Origin: a bacterium
GTDB taxonomy: Bacteria > UBA8248 > JACPRG01 > G963555815
Assembly: GCA_965218795.1 (NCBI GenBank)
Contig: OZ244653.1
Location: 4,224,001-4,288,000 of the forward strand
DNA length: 64,000 nt
Reading direction: 5' to 3'
In this document: in pieces, positions 1 to 9,919 of the stretch
Layout: each line of letters opens with the position of its first letter
Position numbering within the stretch: the stretch's first letter is position 1
Notes under the pieces: generated by a model
Seen by the model: the letters and a program-made list of their open reading frames with translations, nothing else
Told to the model about the DNA's origin: nothing
The model's database searches: none
Made by a program: the position numbers and the translations under genes

Positions 1-27
1 TTCACTGCTTGCGGTATCAATTCGGAT

Positions 28-1161
28 TCAGGGTGTGTAAACTTTCGTCCCCGGCTTGAAGGCGAACCATGAAAACGCGAAGTGGTTGCCGTGGAGAACC
101 GGGGTCAGCCGGCTGCCTTTGAGCCGCCCTCCGATCGCCCGCCCCAGGATGTCCCAGCGGCTTCCCGTCTCCTTGTCCGTAATGCCGTCCTTCGCGGATT
201 GGAATGTCAGTTTCTTCCCGTTCAGGTTCGGGTCGAACACGCCCGTTGCGCCCACGTCTCTGGACTTGGCAATGCTGCTTCCGTCCAGGGCGGAGGTGGC
301 CCCGTCGGAGTGAAACACCACCACGTCCCGCCCGCCCACCTTGTCGTGGACGACCCGTTTTTTTGACAGGACGGAGTAGGGATAGGCCTTGTCGTTCTTT
401 CCGATCGTCACGGCCACGACCCGCTCCATCGGTGGCAGGCGATCATCCTTCGGCCCCCTGTAGAGGAAGGGAATGCTCCGGATATCGTCATAGCCGGTAT
501 AGGGGTTCCGGCCGTAGGCCCGCGTGAACCCGGTCTTGCGCGAGAGCACGCTGCCGCCGGGATGGGCTTTCTTGAAGTGTCCGTAGCCGACGATTGAGGC
601 GGGCACCATGCTCAGTTGTTTTCCGAGCAGGTCGCCGATGATGGCCTCGCCCGTGAACTGTTGCCACCAGGACTCGGTCTGGCGGTCGTACATGACCAGA
701 TCGCTCATCCTGAGCTTGCCGGTCGTCCCAAAATCGAGGAGACGCCCGTCGATCCTGCGGTCGAAGGCGATGGCCGCGTTGCACAGGGGGCAGAACGTCA
801 CGGAAACCGGAAGGCCGTTCAACCGATCGTTGACGATCTCATGCCAGGTCAGGATCTGAAGCGGATAGGCGCGGGCCTCTCCCTTGTGCTCGACGACGAC
901 GACCGGCTCGATGTTCTTGAGCCACTTGTCGGCCTCTTTCTGGGAGACGAATTTCGGGTTGTCGACAGCCGGGATGCCGTCCTTGGGCGGGCCGCCCGAC
1001 ATGATTTCTTCATAGGGAACCGAGTGTTTTTTGAAGTTGGTCTTCCACCCCCAGGCGGAGAAAAGCGGTTTCTCGCTGGCGGCGCGCGCGAGGTCAACGG
1101 CGGGATCCGCCGCCCATCCCACCCATGCGGCCAGCATCAACATCCAGAGCAGTCTCAACAT
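28..1161 (-). CDS. DUF3179 domain-containing exported protein (Cys form, FCPLC)
   Basis: ATG at 1161 follows a GGAG SD; signal-peptide-like N-terminus; family motifs GGPPKDGIP, HEIVND, TFCPLC, SDLVMYDRQTESWWQQ. Confidence 0.85.
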   Translation of the reverse strand: MLRLLWMLMLAAWVGWAADPAVDLARAASEKPLFSAWGWKTNFKKHSVPYEEIMSGGPPKDGIPAVDNPKFVSQKEADKWLKNIEPVVVVEHKGEARAYPLQILTWHEIVNDRLNGLPVSVTFCPLCNAAIAFDRRIDGRLLDFGTTGKLRMSDLVMYDRQTESWWQQFTGEAIIGDLLGKQLSMVPASIVGYGHFKKAHPGGSVLSRKTGFTRAYGRNPYTGYDDIRSIPFLYRGPKDDRLPPMERVVAVTIGKNDKAYPYSVLSKKRVVHDKVGGRDVVVFHSDGATSALDGSSIAKSRDVGATGVFDPNLNGKKLTFQSAKDGITDKETGSRWDILGRAIGGRLKGSRLTPVLHGNHFAFSWFAFKPGTKVYTP

Positions 1162-1263
1162 TGAATGTCTCCCGTTCCAGAAAGGACTCCTCCGAGGGGC
1201 GCGTATCCGTATACCGCCCATCAGCGGGAATCACCCATTGCGAGTGATAACCGGAGGGATGGT

Positions 1264-1898
1264 TCAATGATTCCCGGCGGAAGGACCGGGATCATCGGCC
1301 AGCAGTTCTTCGACGACGGCCTCGTACACTTCGGCGGGTTGCGCGCCGACGGCCCGGTGCCCGTCGGGCAGCACAATGGTCGGCGTGGAGCAGATCCCCT
1401 GTCCGGCCTCCTCCTCATGGTCCCGCCAGACGGCTTTTTCCAGGTTCCCGTTCCGGTCAAGGTCCTCGAACCGGGGGACGTCCAGGTCCAAGCGAGGCTG
1501 ATCAGGACATCGTCATCGGCGATGTTGAGGCAGTCGACCAAGTGGGCCTCCTCAATCCGCTCCACATAGCGCGCCTTGGCCTCCGGCCCCTGGACCGCCG
1601 CGGCCTTGATACCGACGGAGCCGGGCATGGAGTAAGGATAGGAAAAATCTCGGGTGGCCATGAGCTCGGGATTCACCCGCTCTCCGCCGGGGCGGGACTT
1701 GACCATGGTCCAGTGACCGAGGATATCCTCCTTTCGGTGGGAAATGCCTTCCGCCGTCGGCGAAAGGAGGAGCGTCTTGTAGGTGATCCGGAGCTGATCC
1801 CCATATATCTTTTTCAGTTCGTGCAACCGCCCGGTCGCCAGAAAGCACCAGGATCAGTGGACGCACTGAAAGTAGATCAAATTCGCCGTCCCGGCCAA
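1264..1898 (-). pseudogene. DsbA/FrnE-like thioredoxin-fold selenoprotein (UxxC) with a frameshift near 1490
   Basis: TTG start at 1898 with AAAGGGAG SD; frame reads YFQCVH-TGA(1856-1854)-SWCFLA into ORF 1221..1826; the DsbA-like C-terminus (GICSTPTIVL...GAQP) lies in a different frame (ORF 1264..1491). Could be a real lesion or a sequence error. Confidence 0.75.
1823..1838 (-). promoter_or_regulatory. candidate bacterial SECIS hairpin of the DsbA-like gene
   Basis: GCGACC-GGGC-GGTTGC stem-loop, stem starts 16 nt after the UGA, G-rich apical loop at +22. Confidence 0.6.
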
Positions 1899-2164
1899 TG
1901 GACGTCTCCCTTTCATGGATTGTCGGTGGGATATGATGGGTCGTCTGATGCTACTGATTAACCTATCAGCCCGCATGAGGGGATTCAAGACGGCGCCCCG
2001 CTGATTCGGACAGGTTTATGAAGACCTCCCCCGACATCCCGGGCTGGGGCCTCCCGGTCCTTTGAGAAGGCGTCCGCCGGCCGTAAGCTTGAGGGTCTTG
2101 CGAGAATGGCCCAAATTGGTGCAGAGGGCCGAGGACGTAGGAGAACGGAATCGGAGCGGCCGGA

Positions 2165-2389
2165 ATGAGTGATAGCCCGTCCGCGGCGTCGAGGAACGTC
2201 TGGAGGGAACCCCAAACGTCCGGATCACGACTACGGGTCGATGGGATGGACTGCGCCGAAGAGGTGCGGGCCATCAAGGGAGCCCTGGGAAAAATGTCCG
2301 GGGTCGAACAGGTCCTTTGTGACCTGACGTCCGGGAAGGTCCGGGTTCGGCACGCATCGCAAACGGTGGATCCGGAGGCGATCCGCTAG
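2165..2389 (+). pseudogene. isolated heavy-metal-associated (HMA) domain, probable remnant of a Zn/Cd P1B-ATPase N-terminus
   Basis: LRVDGMDCAEE motif with HMA-like spacing; stops after 74 aa, no ATPase follows. Confidence 0.55.
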
Positions 2390-2409
2390 ATCTTTCAGGA
2401 TCGGAACCC

Positions 2410-2994
2410 ATGAAAAATATCGCGGTGATCGGCTGGGGTTCTTTGATCTGGTCTCCGGGGCGCTTGGAGCTTCAATCAGGATGGCGTCGGGACGGGCCGC
2501 TTTTGCCGGTCGAATTTGCCCGCGTATCTCAGGATGGAAGGCTGACTCTCGTCATCGTGGAATCCGACGAGGTGGATGAGCAGCGTGCGCTGTGGGCGTT
2601 GAGTGGGTTTTCAGATATTGAGAGCGCCATTGAAAATCTCCGCGCGCGCGAGCGCACCACAATGGAGTGGATCGGGAATTGGGATGGGCAACCGAAGCCC
2701 CGCACTGATATTGAAGGGAAAATTGCCGGATGGTGTGAAGAAAGGACGCTGGAGGGGGCTGTCTGGGCTGCTTTGCCTCCTCGAGACAAGAATGGGAATA
2801 AGGGAAAGGTGATGCCCCACGCGGAAGCGATAAAGTATCTGAACGATTTGGATGGCGATTGCCGAGAGCGGGCGAAAGAATACATTCAAAAAGCGCCCAA
2901 CCAGATCAATACAAAAATGCGTCAGCTTGTTCGTTCGCAGCTCGGCTGGCTAGACTTGCCTTCGGCGACATCGTTGTTTGAAGATCCCGCTTGA
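2410..2994 (+). CDS. hypothetical protein, possibly gamma-glutamylcyclotransferase-like fold
   Basis: N-terminal IAVIGWGSLIW (Y/WGSL loop), LPVEFAR, LRARE. Confidence 0.6.
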   Translation: MKNIAVIGWGSLIWSPGRLELQSGWRRDGPLLPVEFARVSQDGRLTLVIVESDEVDEQRALWALSGFSDIESAIENLRARERTTMEWIGNWDGQPKPRTDIEGKIAGWCEERTLEGAVWAALPPRDKNGNKGKVMPHAEAIKYLNDLDGDCRERAKEYIQKAPNQINTKMRQLVRSQLGWLDLPSATSLFEDPA

Positions 2995-3210
2995 AGGTAT
3001 GGAGAGTGATCACGCCGGTTCTCTGGATTCATCAATTTTTGAGAACGCGGTCGTTTTTGATTTGCGCAACTTCCGATTGAGGGCCAGGAGCGGCGTGTCC
3101 GCCGGCGCCGCTCGATACATCGTAAGGGCGCAACATGCGGCGCCCTGACCCTCATTTCCGATCATCGACAACAGACATGGAAAATATTCGAAATCAATCG
3201 GAGATTGAGA

Positions 3211-4968
3211 TTGCTCAACGCCGAAATCGCCGAAATCTTCGAGGCCATTGGGGACCTCCTGGAGCTCAAGGGAGAGAACCGGTTCCGGGTGATCGCCTAC
3301 CGCCGCGCTGGACAGACCCTCCGGGACCTCTCCGAGCCCGTCGAGGCCGTGGCCGAACGCGATGAGCTGGATTCCCTTTCCGGGGTCGGCAAAGACCTGG
3401 CGCAGAAGATCCGCGATTACATCGAAGCGAAACACATCAAGCAGTACGACGAGCTGAAGGCCGAGTTCCCCGAAGGCATCCTGGACCTTCTCCGCATCCC
3501 CGGTCTCGGCCCCAAGACCCTCGCGCTCATCTACAACGAACTGGGCGTGGGAAGCGGTGATGATCTTCTGGCCGCCATCGAAGACGGCCGCCTCATCGAG
3601 CTGCCTGGAATCCAGGAGAAAACCCTCGAAAACATCCACAAGGGCCTTGCTTTCATCGCTTCCAGCGGGGGCCGGCGACTGCTGGGGGAAGTGCTCCCGC
3701 CAGTGGAGGACCTGCTTCGGGCCGTGCGGAGGATCCCCGGCGTCAAACGGGCCGAGACGGCCGGTTCCCTGCGCCGCATGCAGGAGACCATCGGCGACGT
3801 GGATATCCTGTCTGCTCTCAAACCTGTCGCCAAGGGAAAAGGGCCGAAGGGCAAGGATGTCGTCAAGGCGTTCACCGAGCTTCCACAGGTCGCCGAGGTC
3901 TTGGCTCAGGGGGACACCAAGGGGAGCGTCCGCCTGGGCGACAAGCTTCAGGTGGATCTCCGCGTTGTCGACGAGGACGAATTCGGCGCGGCCCTGCAAT
4001 ACTTCACCGGTTCCAAGGCGCATAACGTCAGGGTCCGGGGGCTGGCACGACAGATGGGACTCAAGATCAATGAGTACGGCGTATTCAAGGGAAAAAAGAA
4101 AATCGCGGGCAAGACGGAGGAAGAAGTCTACGCCGCCCTCGGCCTCCCCCTGTTCGAACCGGAACTCCGGGAGGACCGGGGGGAAGTGGAGGCCGCCCGG
4201 GCCGGCAAATCGAAGCGGGGCAAGCTCCCGAAGCTCGTAACGCTGAAGGACCTCAGGGGCGAGATCCACGTCCATACCGAATGGAGCGACGGAGAGGGCG
4301 CCCTCGAGGAGGTGGCCCTCCAGGCCAAGGCCGCGGGATGCGAATACGTGGCGCTCACGGACCACTCGGTCACCGAACGCATCGCCAACGGCCTGAGCGT
4401 CGAGCGGATGTGGAAGAAGATCGAGGCGGTCGAAGCCCTCAACAAGAAACGGATCGGCATCGAGGTCTTCAAAGCCGCGGAGGTGGATATCCTCTCGGGC
4501 GGGAAGCTCGATTACCCAGACGACCTGCTCGAAGCCCTCGATGTCGTCGTGGCCTCGGTCCACAGCGGGTTCAAGCAGACCTCCGACAAGATGACGGGCC
4601 GGATCGTGGACGCGCTGGATCATCCCCGCGTGCATGTTCTCGGCCACCCCACCGGACGACTGATCAACGCCCGGGAGCCTTACGCAGTGGACCTCGACCG
4701 CGTCATGGCCAAGGCGGCGGAGCGGGGCGTCGCCCTGGAGATCAACGGCTCCTACCAGAGGCTGGACCTGTCGGACGTTCACGCGCGGAGGGGGCTGGAG
4801 CTGGGCGCGATTCTCTGTCTGTCCACTGACGCCCACCGGCTGGCGGCTGTCGGACGATTCGAGTTGGCCGTGGCCACCGCCCGACGCGCATGGGTCCAAA
4901 AATCCGACGTGCTGAACGCAAAACCGCTCGCTTCCTTCAGGGAGTGGCTCGCCGAAAGGCGAGGTTGA
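3211..4968 (+). CDS. polX: DNA polymerase X family / PHP 3'-5' exonuclease
   Basis: NAEIAEIF N-terminus, HhH IPGLGPK, AGSLRR...GDVD catalytic motif, [21 protein letters not shown] and TDAH; TTG start after GGAG. Confidence 0.95.
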   Translation: MLNAEIAEIFEAIGDLLELKGENRFRVIAYRRAGQTLRDLSEPVEAVAERDELDSLSGVGKDLAQKIRDYIEAKHIKQYDELKAEFPEGILDLLRIPGLGPKTLALIYNELGVGSGDDLLAAIEDGRLIELPGIQEKTLENIHKGLAFIASSGGRRLLGEVLPPVEDLLRAVRRIPGVKRAETAGSLRRMQETIGDVDILSALKPVAKGKGPKGKDVVKAFTELPQVAEVLAQGDTKGSVRLGDKLQVDLRVVDEDEFGAALQYFTGSKAHNVRVRGLARQMGLKINEYGVFKGKKKIAGKTEEEVYAALGLPLFEPELREDRGEVEAARAGKSKRGKLPKLVTLKDLRGEIHVHTEWSDGEGALEEVALQAKAAGCEYVALTDHSVTERIANGLSVERMWKKIEAVEALNKKRIGIEVFKAAEVDILSGGKLDYPDDLLEALDVVVASVHSGFKQTSDKMTGRIVDALDHPRVHVLGHPTGRLINAREPYAVDLDRVMAKAAERGVALEINGSYQRLDLSDVHARRGLELGAILCLSTDAHRLAAVGRFELAVATARRAWVQKSDVLNAKPLASFREWLAERRG

Positions 4969-5016
4969 TCGCGCAAATTCCGTATCCGTGCTTGTTGGGC
5001 ACAGGAGTGACTGCCT

Positions 5017-5548
5017 GGGGGCTTCTTGAAAGACGCCCCCAGACCCCCCTTAGAACTTTTGACGGCCAAGCCGTTGGCTTGGCCTGCTCGCGGCGTGGGC
5101 GGGTCCGCTGACCACGGGTCTGCCGGCGCGGAACATGAACAATGAGGAAAGCTGTTGCGATGGAGGACCGCCCATGTACATGGGCGGTCCTCCATCGCGA
5201 AATGAAAGTTTTTGAGGGGGGTTGGGGGACAATTTTCAAAATGTCCCCCAAAACGAAAGTGGTCTCTGAAGCGAGTCGCATCATCCCTCAAGCAAGTATC
5301 ATTCGGGGGGGCTTCTTTGAAAAGCCGCCCCCCACGACCCCCCGAGAAACTTTCGACGGCCGAGCATCCGCTCGGCCTGCTCGCGTCGCGGCGTAGGCGG
5401 GTCCGCTGACCACGGGTCTGCCGGCGCGGAACATGACAATGAGGAAAGCTGTTGCGATGGAGGATTGCCCATGAACATGGGCGGTCCTCCATCGCGAGAT
5501 GAAAGTTTTTGAGGGGGGTTGGGGGGACAATTTTCAAAATGTCCCCCC
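5017..5548. repeat. tandem pair of ~235-245 bp structured repeats (about 5017-5248 and 5305-5548)
   Basis: two closely similar units with quasi-inverted G/C-run ends; copy 1 has a perfect 42-bp palindrome at 5157-5198. Confidence 0.85.
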
Positions 5549-5663
5549 ATAATCCCAAGTATTATTCCAAGGGCGGCTTTTCAGAAAAGTCCCTCTGGAT
5601 GTGAGCTTGGAATGTCGTTTTTTCCTCTCATGGAAGCGAGCGATGACTGAGGAGGATTCTGCT

Positions 5664-7058
5664 TTGTCGGACATGCAAATCATCGGCGGGGGGACGGTCT
5701 TGACGCTGGACCCGGAGCGGAGAGTCATTGAAGACGGCGCTGTGGCCGTTGAGAGCGATCGGATCCTGGCCGTCGGAAAAACGGCCGCGTTGCGGGCGGA
5801 GCATCCGGAAGCTGAGGTGATGGACGTCGGGGGCGACATCATCATGCCGGGCCTCGTGGACGCCCACGTCCATCTCGCCCAGGCATTGCTTCGCGGTTGT
5901 GCGGACGACCTGACGCTCATCCCCTGGCTCACCGAGCGGGTCTGGATGCTTCAAGGATGTTTTGACGAGGAGGACGGGCGGACGAGCGCGGAGCTTTGCA
6001 TGCTGGAGATGCTCCGGTCTGGAACGACTGCTTTTGTGGAGACCCTGATTGCGGGACGTTACGGCCCGGACGGCATCGCCGAGACCGTCGAGCGGTGCGG
6101 GATCCGCGCGGGGTTGGCCAAATCCATCATGGATGTGGCCACGTACGCCGAGAGTCCCGTGCCCATGTTCGAGGGGATGATCGAGGACAAGGAGACCACC
6201 TTCCGGCAGGCCCGGGAACTGTACGGGAAATGGCACGGGAAAGCCGACGGCCGCATTCAGGTCTGGCTGGGGCCCCGGACCCTGGGCGGAACCACCCCGG
6301 AATGTCTGCGGGAAGTAGCGGCGCTGGCCCGGGATCTGGGCATCCGGATGAACATTCATTTTTGCGAGGTCCGGGAGGACGTCAAATTCATCCGTGAGCA
6401 GTATAACCGCCGTCCCACGGAATTGTTTGAAGAGCTGGGGCTCTTGGGGCCGGAGATGATGCTCATCCATTGCGTCTGGCTCGACGACGAAGACATCGAC
6501 GCCATCGCGCGGACCGGCACCCAGGTCGCGCACAACCCGGCATCCAACAGCAAGCTCGGCTCCGGCGTCGCCCCCGTTGACAAGATGCTGGAGGCGGGGA
6601 TCAACGTCGCCCTGGGATGCGACGGAGGGCCGAGCGACAACAACTACGACATGGTTCTGGAGATGCGGCTGGCCTCGTATATTCATAAAGTCAACCGGCT
6701 GGACCCGACCGTGACGCCCGCGGAGACCGTTCTCGAGATGGCAACCTTGGGCGGCGCGCGGGCCATGGGCTTGGAGGACGAAATCGGCTCGCTGGAGACC
6801 GGGAAAAAGGTCGACCTGGTCGTTCTGGACGTGCACAGGCCCCATATCGTCCCCTGTCCGGACCCCGTATCGGCCGTGGTTTGCGCCGCCCGGGGGGACG
6901 ATGTCCAACACGTCATGATCGACGGAAAGTGGGTCGTGCGGGACGAGAGCGTTCTGACCCTGGATGAGCAGGAGGTTTTGGAGCGCGCGGCCGAGCGGGC
7001 CAGAAGGCTTTACGAAAGGGCCGGCGTTGAGGTTCGGCCCAGATGGCCGGTGGTTTGA
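5664..7058 (+). CDS. metal-dependent amidohydrolase, MtaD/SsnA-like purine or nucleoside deaminase
   Basis: MPGLVDAHVH, HFCE, HCVW, HNPASN, GCDG, GSLETGK; TTG start at 5664 after GAGGAGG. Confidence 0.88.
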   Translation: MSDMQIIGGGTVLTLDPERRVIEDGAVAVESDRILAVGKTAALRAEHPEAEVMDVGGDIIMPGLVDAHVHLAQALLRGCADDLTLIPWLTERVWMLQGCFDEEDGRTSAELCMLEMLRSGTTAFVETLIAGRYGPDGIAETVERCGIRAGLAKSIMDVATYAESPVPMFEGMIEDKETTFRQARELYGKWHGKADGRIQVWLGPRTLGGTTPECLREVAALARDLGIRMNIHFCEVREDVKFIREQYNRRPTELFEELGLLGPEMMLIHCVWLDDEDIDAIARTGTQVAHNPASNSKLGSGVAPVDKMLEAGINVALGCDGGPSDNNYDMVLEMRLASYIHKVNRLDPTVTPAETVLEMATLGGARAMGLEDEIGSLETGKKVDLVVLDVHRPHIVPCPDPVSAVVCAARGDDVQHVMIDGKWVVRDESVLTLDEQEVLERAAERARRLYERAGVEVRPRWPVV

Positions 7059-7396
7059 GCAGAAGGGGAATGCGTCCTTTCGCGGCGGCAACGTGCCGAG
7101 GCGTTCTTGTTGCACAAAGCGCGGCAAGTGAGCGGGTGCCCCTATCCACACGGGTTCGTTCTTAAGGGGACAAGCCCCGCGGGAATGACAGACAAGCCCC
7201 GCGCACAACCGCCCGTCATTCCTGCCCCCGCCTGATCCCTTCGGGGACAGGCTCAATTCGGTCACCCCTGCGCGCCTCTGGGCAGGGGGCTCCACAACCC
7301 CCCTTAAAAACTTCCATCGCAACAACTTTCCTCTAAGTATGGTGTCCCCGGAATGGGTCCCGTGAGTTGAATGGCCCGGCGCTTGACGCCCAGGGG

Positions 7397-7429
7397 AAAA
7401 AAGAAGGCCCCTCTTTCGAGGGGCCTTCC
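7397..7429 (-). terminator. rho-independent terminator of the NCS2 permease gene
   Basis: GAAGGCCCCTC-TTTC-GAGGGGCCTTC hairpin with a T6 tract on the minus strand. Confidence 0.85.
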
Positions 7430-7487
7430 TGCGGGTTCGGTCGATCCGGACGGGCGACGCCCCCACCCGGATTTACGGGATGGGGGC

Positions 7488-8912
7488 TTACGGTTTCTCC
7501 TCGACCGCGGTCACGCCCCTTTCCTTGTGCGTGCCCTTGATGAAGTTGTCCAGGATCAACCCGAGAACGGCCGCTACGGCCATCCCGCTGCCGGCCAGCG
7601 AGTTGACGATGTTCCCCAGTCCAACCCCGAAGACTTCGCGCATCCGCTTGGCGCCGTCAATTTTGAAAGGCGGCGCGCCGCTGATGTAAGCGGGCAGGCT
7701 CAGGCCCATGAACAGGATGAACCCCATGATCAGGAGGTTGCGGTCGGAATACAGGTCCGCCTTGGCTGCCTGCTGGATTCCGACGGCCGAGATGAGCCCG
7801 AAGAGCGCGCAGTAGAGCCCTCCGACCACGGGCGCCGGGACGGTGGCGATGATCGCGCCGAACTTCGATATCAACCCGACGATGATCAGGATGATCCCCG
7901 CCACGAGCGTCACACGGCGGGCGGCCACCCGCGTGATGCCGACCAGTCCGATGTTTTCCGAATAGCTCGTGCTGGAAAATCCGCCGAGAAGGCCGGTGAT
8001 GAAGCAGCCCAGCCCCTCGGACGCGATGCCGCGGTTCAATTGCTTGGTGGTCGGGGCGGGCGCCCGGGACATGGCGGCCACGGCGTGATAGTCGCCGAAG
8101 CTCTCAACCATCGAGGCCAGGTATCCGGCCAGGACGGCGAAGAAGAAGCCGATGTGAAACTTCGGCGCTCCCCACGGTAGGATGATGCTGTCCGTGCTCC
8201 ATTTGAACCAGGGCGCCCCGGCGACGGGCGCCCAATTGATATACGCGGGATGCTTGGGCCCGTACACTCCCGCGGCGGACAGGAGCAGGCAGAGCACCCA
8301 GACGACCAGGATCGCGCCGAAGATCGGAAACATCCTCAGGAGCAGGCTCTTCTTGGACCAAACCTGTGAGAAGAGGAAGATCAGGAGGATGGTGAGGATG
8401 GAGGTCGGCCAGTGAAGCCCGGCCTGGGGCGCCCCGACGGAAAACAGAGCCAGGCCGATGAGCATGATCACCGGCCCGATGACCACCGGTGTGAGAACCC
8501 TTCTCAGGTGGCCGACGAGCTTGCCCCATCCGATGGCCATCTCCACAATCGCGCCCAGCAGGATGGCCCCGGCGATGTACTGCATGGCCTCCGCCCCCTT
8601 GAACTGGCCCGCGATGGCGAAAAAAGCGGCCAGAAAGGAGAAAGACACGCCCTGGATGATGGGTAGCCGGCTTCCGATGGTGACCTGAAGAATGGTGGCG
8701 ATCCCCGAGCAGAGCATGACGGCGGTGACGAGGATGCCCACCTGGGCGTCGTTCATCCCGAGTGCGCCGCGAAGGATCAACGGTACGCTGACCGTCGCGC
8801 CGAACATCGTAAGAACGTGTTGTAAGCCGAAGACGATGGTTCTCCCCGTGGGCGGGACATCGTCTATCCCATAGAGTATCTGTCTGGGTTCTTCTTCGTG
8901 AGTATGCGCCAT
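7488..8912 (-). CDS. NCS2 family xanthine/uracil/purine permease
   Basis: FGLQHVLTMFG, ESFGD, SYSENIGLVGITRVAAR NAT signature, many TM segments. Confidence 0.93.
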   Translation of the reverse strand: MAHTHEEEPRQILYGIDDVPPTGRTIVFGLQHVLTMFGATVSVPLILRGALGMNDAQVGILVTAVMLCSGIATILQVTIGSRLPIIQGVSFSFLAAFFAIAGQFKGAEAMQYIAGAILLGAIVEMAIGWGKLVGHLRRVLTPVVIGPVIMLIGLALFSVGAPQAGLHWPTSILTILLIFLFSQVWSKKSLLLRMFPIFGAILVVWVLCLLLSAAGVYGPKHPAYINWAPVAGAPWFKWSTDSIILPWGAPKFHIGFFFAVLAGYLASMVESFGDYHAVAAMSRAPAPTTKQLNRGIASEGLGCFITGLLGGFSSTSYSENIGLVGITRVAARRVTLVAGIILIIVGLISKFGAIIATVPAPVVGGLYCALFGLISAVGIQQAAKADLYSDRNLLIMGFILFMGLSLPAYISGAPPFKIDGAKRMREVFGVGLGNIVNSLAGSGMAVAAVLGLILDNFIKGTHKERGVTAVEEKP

Positions 8913-9230
8913 CCTTTCCTCCCCCATCTTTCCGCGAAGGCCCGCGATGCGGCAACCGCGCGGATGATCCGAATCGTGTCACCGAATCAGAATTCCCATC
9001 GTTCCGGTCTAACAAACCGGCATCACGGGTGATGTTGAGGAAAACGGGGCGATTTCGCCGTCGATTCGAGAACCTTGAAGGACCGAACGGGCAGAACCGT
9101 TTTCCCAAACGAGACGTCTGGGAATGCAGGCAGGGAAGGCAAGGCAGTAAACCACTACCACTCTATACCAGACCCTATTTTACAAACGGAAGAACACCGT
9201 ATGTCAATAGACAATATGGGGATTTTTAAT

Positions 9231-9340
9231 GGAAATTATACGCTTGACTAGCCAGCCTTTTTTCTGGATTCCCGCTTCCGCGGGAATGACAGGCTGTTGT
9301 GCGGGGGCCTCGTTTGTCATTCCCGCGGAAGCGGGAATCC
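9231..9340. mobile_element. truncated copy of the MITE at 17598-17926 (one end plus two REP-like palindromes)
   Basis: GGAAATTATACGCTTGACTAGCCAG end; GGATTCCCGC...GCGGGAATGAC palindromes at 9266-9290 and 9316-9340; spacer matches the MITE interior. Confidence 0.7.
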
Positions 9341-9400
9341 AGAGTAATTCTGGGCAATTCCTGGGATTCTGGGGTTTGCTTCAGAGGGCATTTTTGCTTT

Positions 9401-9660
9401 TTGGGGGGACATTTTGGGCACTTGCGCGCCGGCCATTTCGCGGATGAGGATCTTTCTCAGAATCATGGCCTCTGTGGCGCACGTCCATGCGATTGCTTGA
9501 TGAGCAGGCATGCAAGTGCATCAAGCTGACACGATGTGTCCCCCCCAACCCCCGCAAAAACTTTCATTTCGCGATGTTCATTTCGCGAGCAGGCCGATCA
9601 TTCGCTCGGCCGGGTGGGGAGCGTCTTAGAAGAAGCCCCTCGCGAAATAACACTTCGGTA
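9401..9660. repeat. degenerate inverted copy of the 5017-5548 repeat family
   Basis: TGTCCCCCCCAACCCCCGCAAAAACTTTCATTTCGCGATG is near the reverse complement of the unit end; another fragment at about 7286-7333. Confidence 0.65.
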
Positions 9661-9919
9661 ATTCAAGATGAAAAAACCTGGATCGGATTCCTCGTTTGTG
9701 CCTGTGGCCCTCGCCCGAAATGACAGCCTGTGGCAGTCATAGACCGTTACAACGGTCATTCCCAAAGAAGTTTATCGACCCTGTGAGAAAGCTGCACTCG
9801 CCGATCCCCCCGCGAATGGAATGCGACTGCTGACGATACTCCATGAATTTTTGACGCATTGAGGTTAGGATAGATTTTTTCAATACGGCCGAATATGAAT
9901 TCGAAGACGTGATTCCCAC

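Noticed and set aside
28-1161. DUF3179 gene as a selenoprotein
   Set aside because: No in-frame TGA before the terminal stop; the motif is CPLC
5017-5548. Possible CRISPR array (also 32793-33176)
   Set aside because: Units are too long or irregular, there are no unique equal-length spacers, and no cas genes are present
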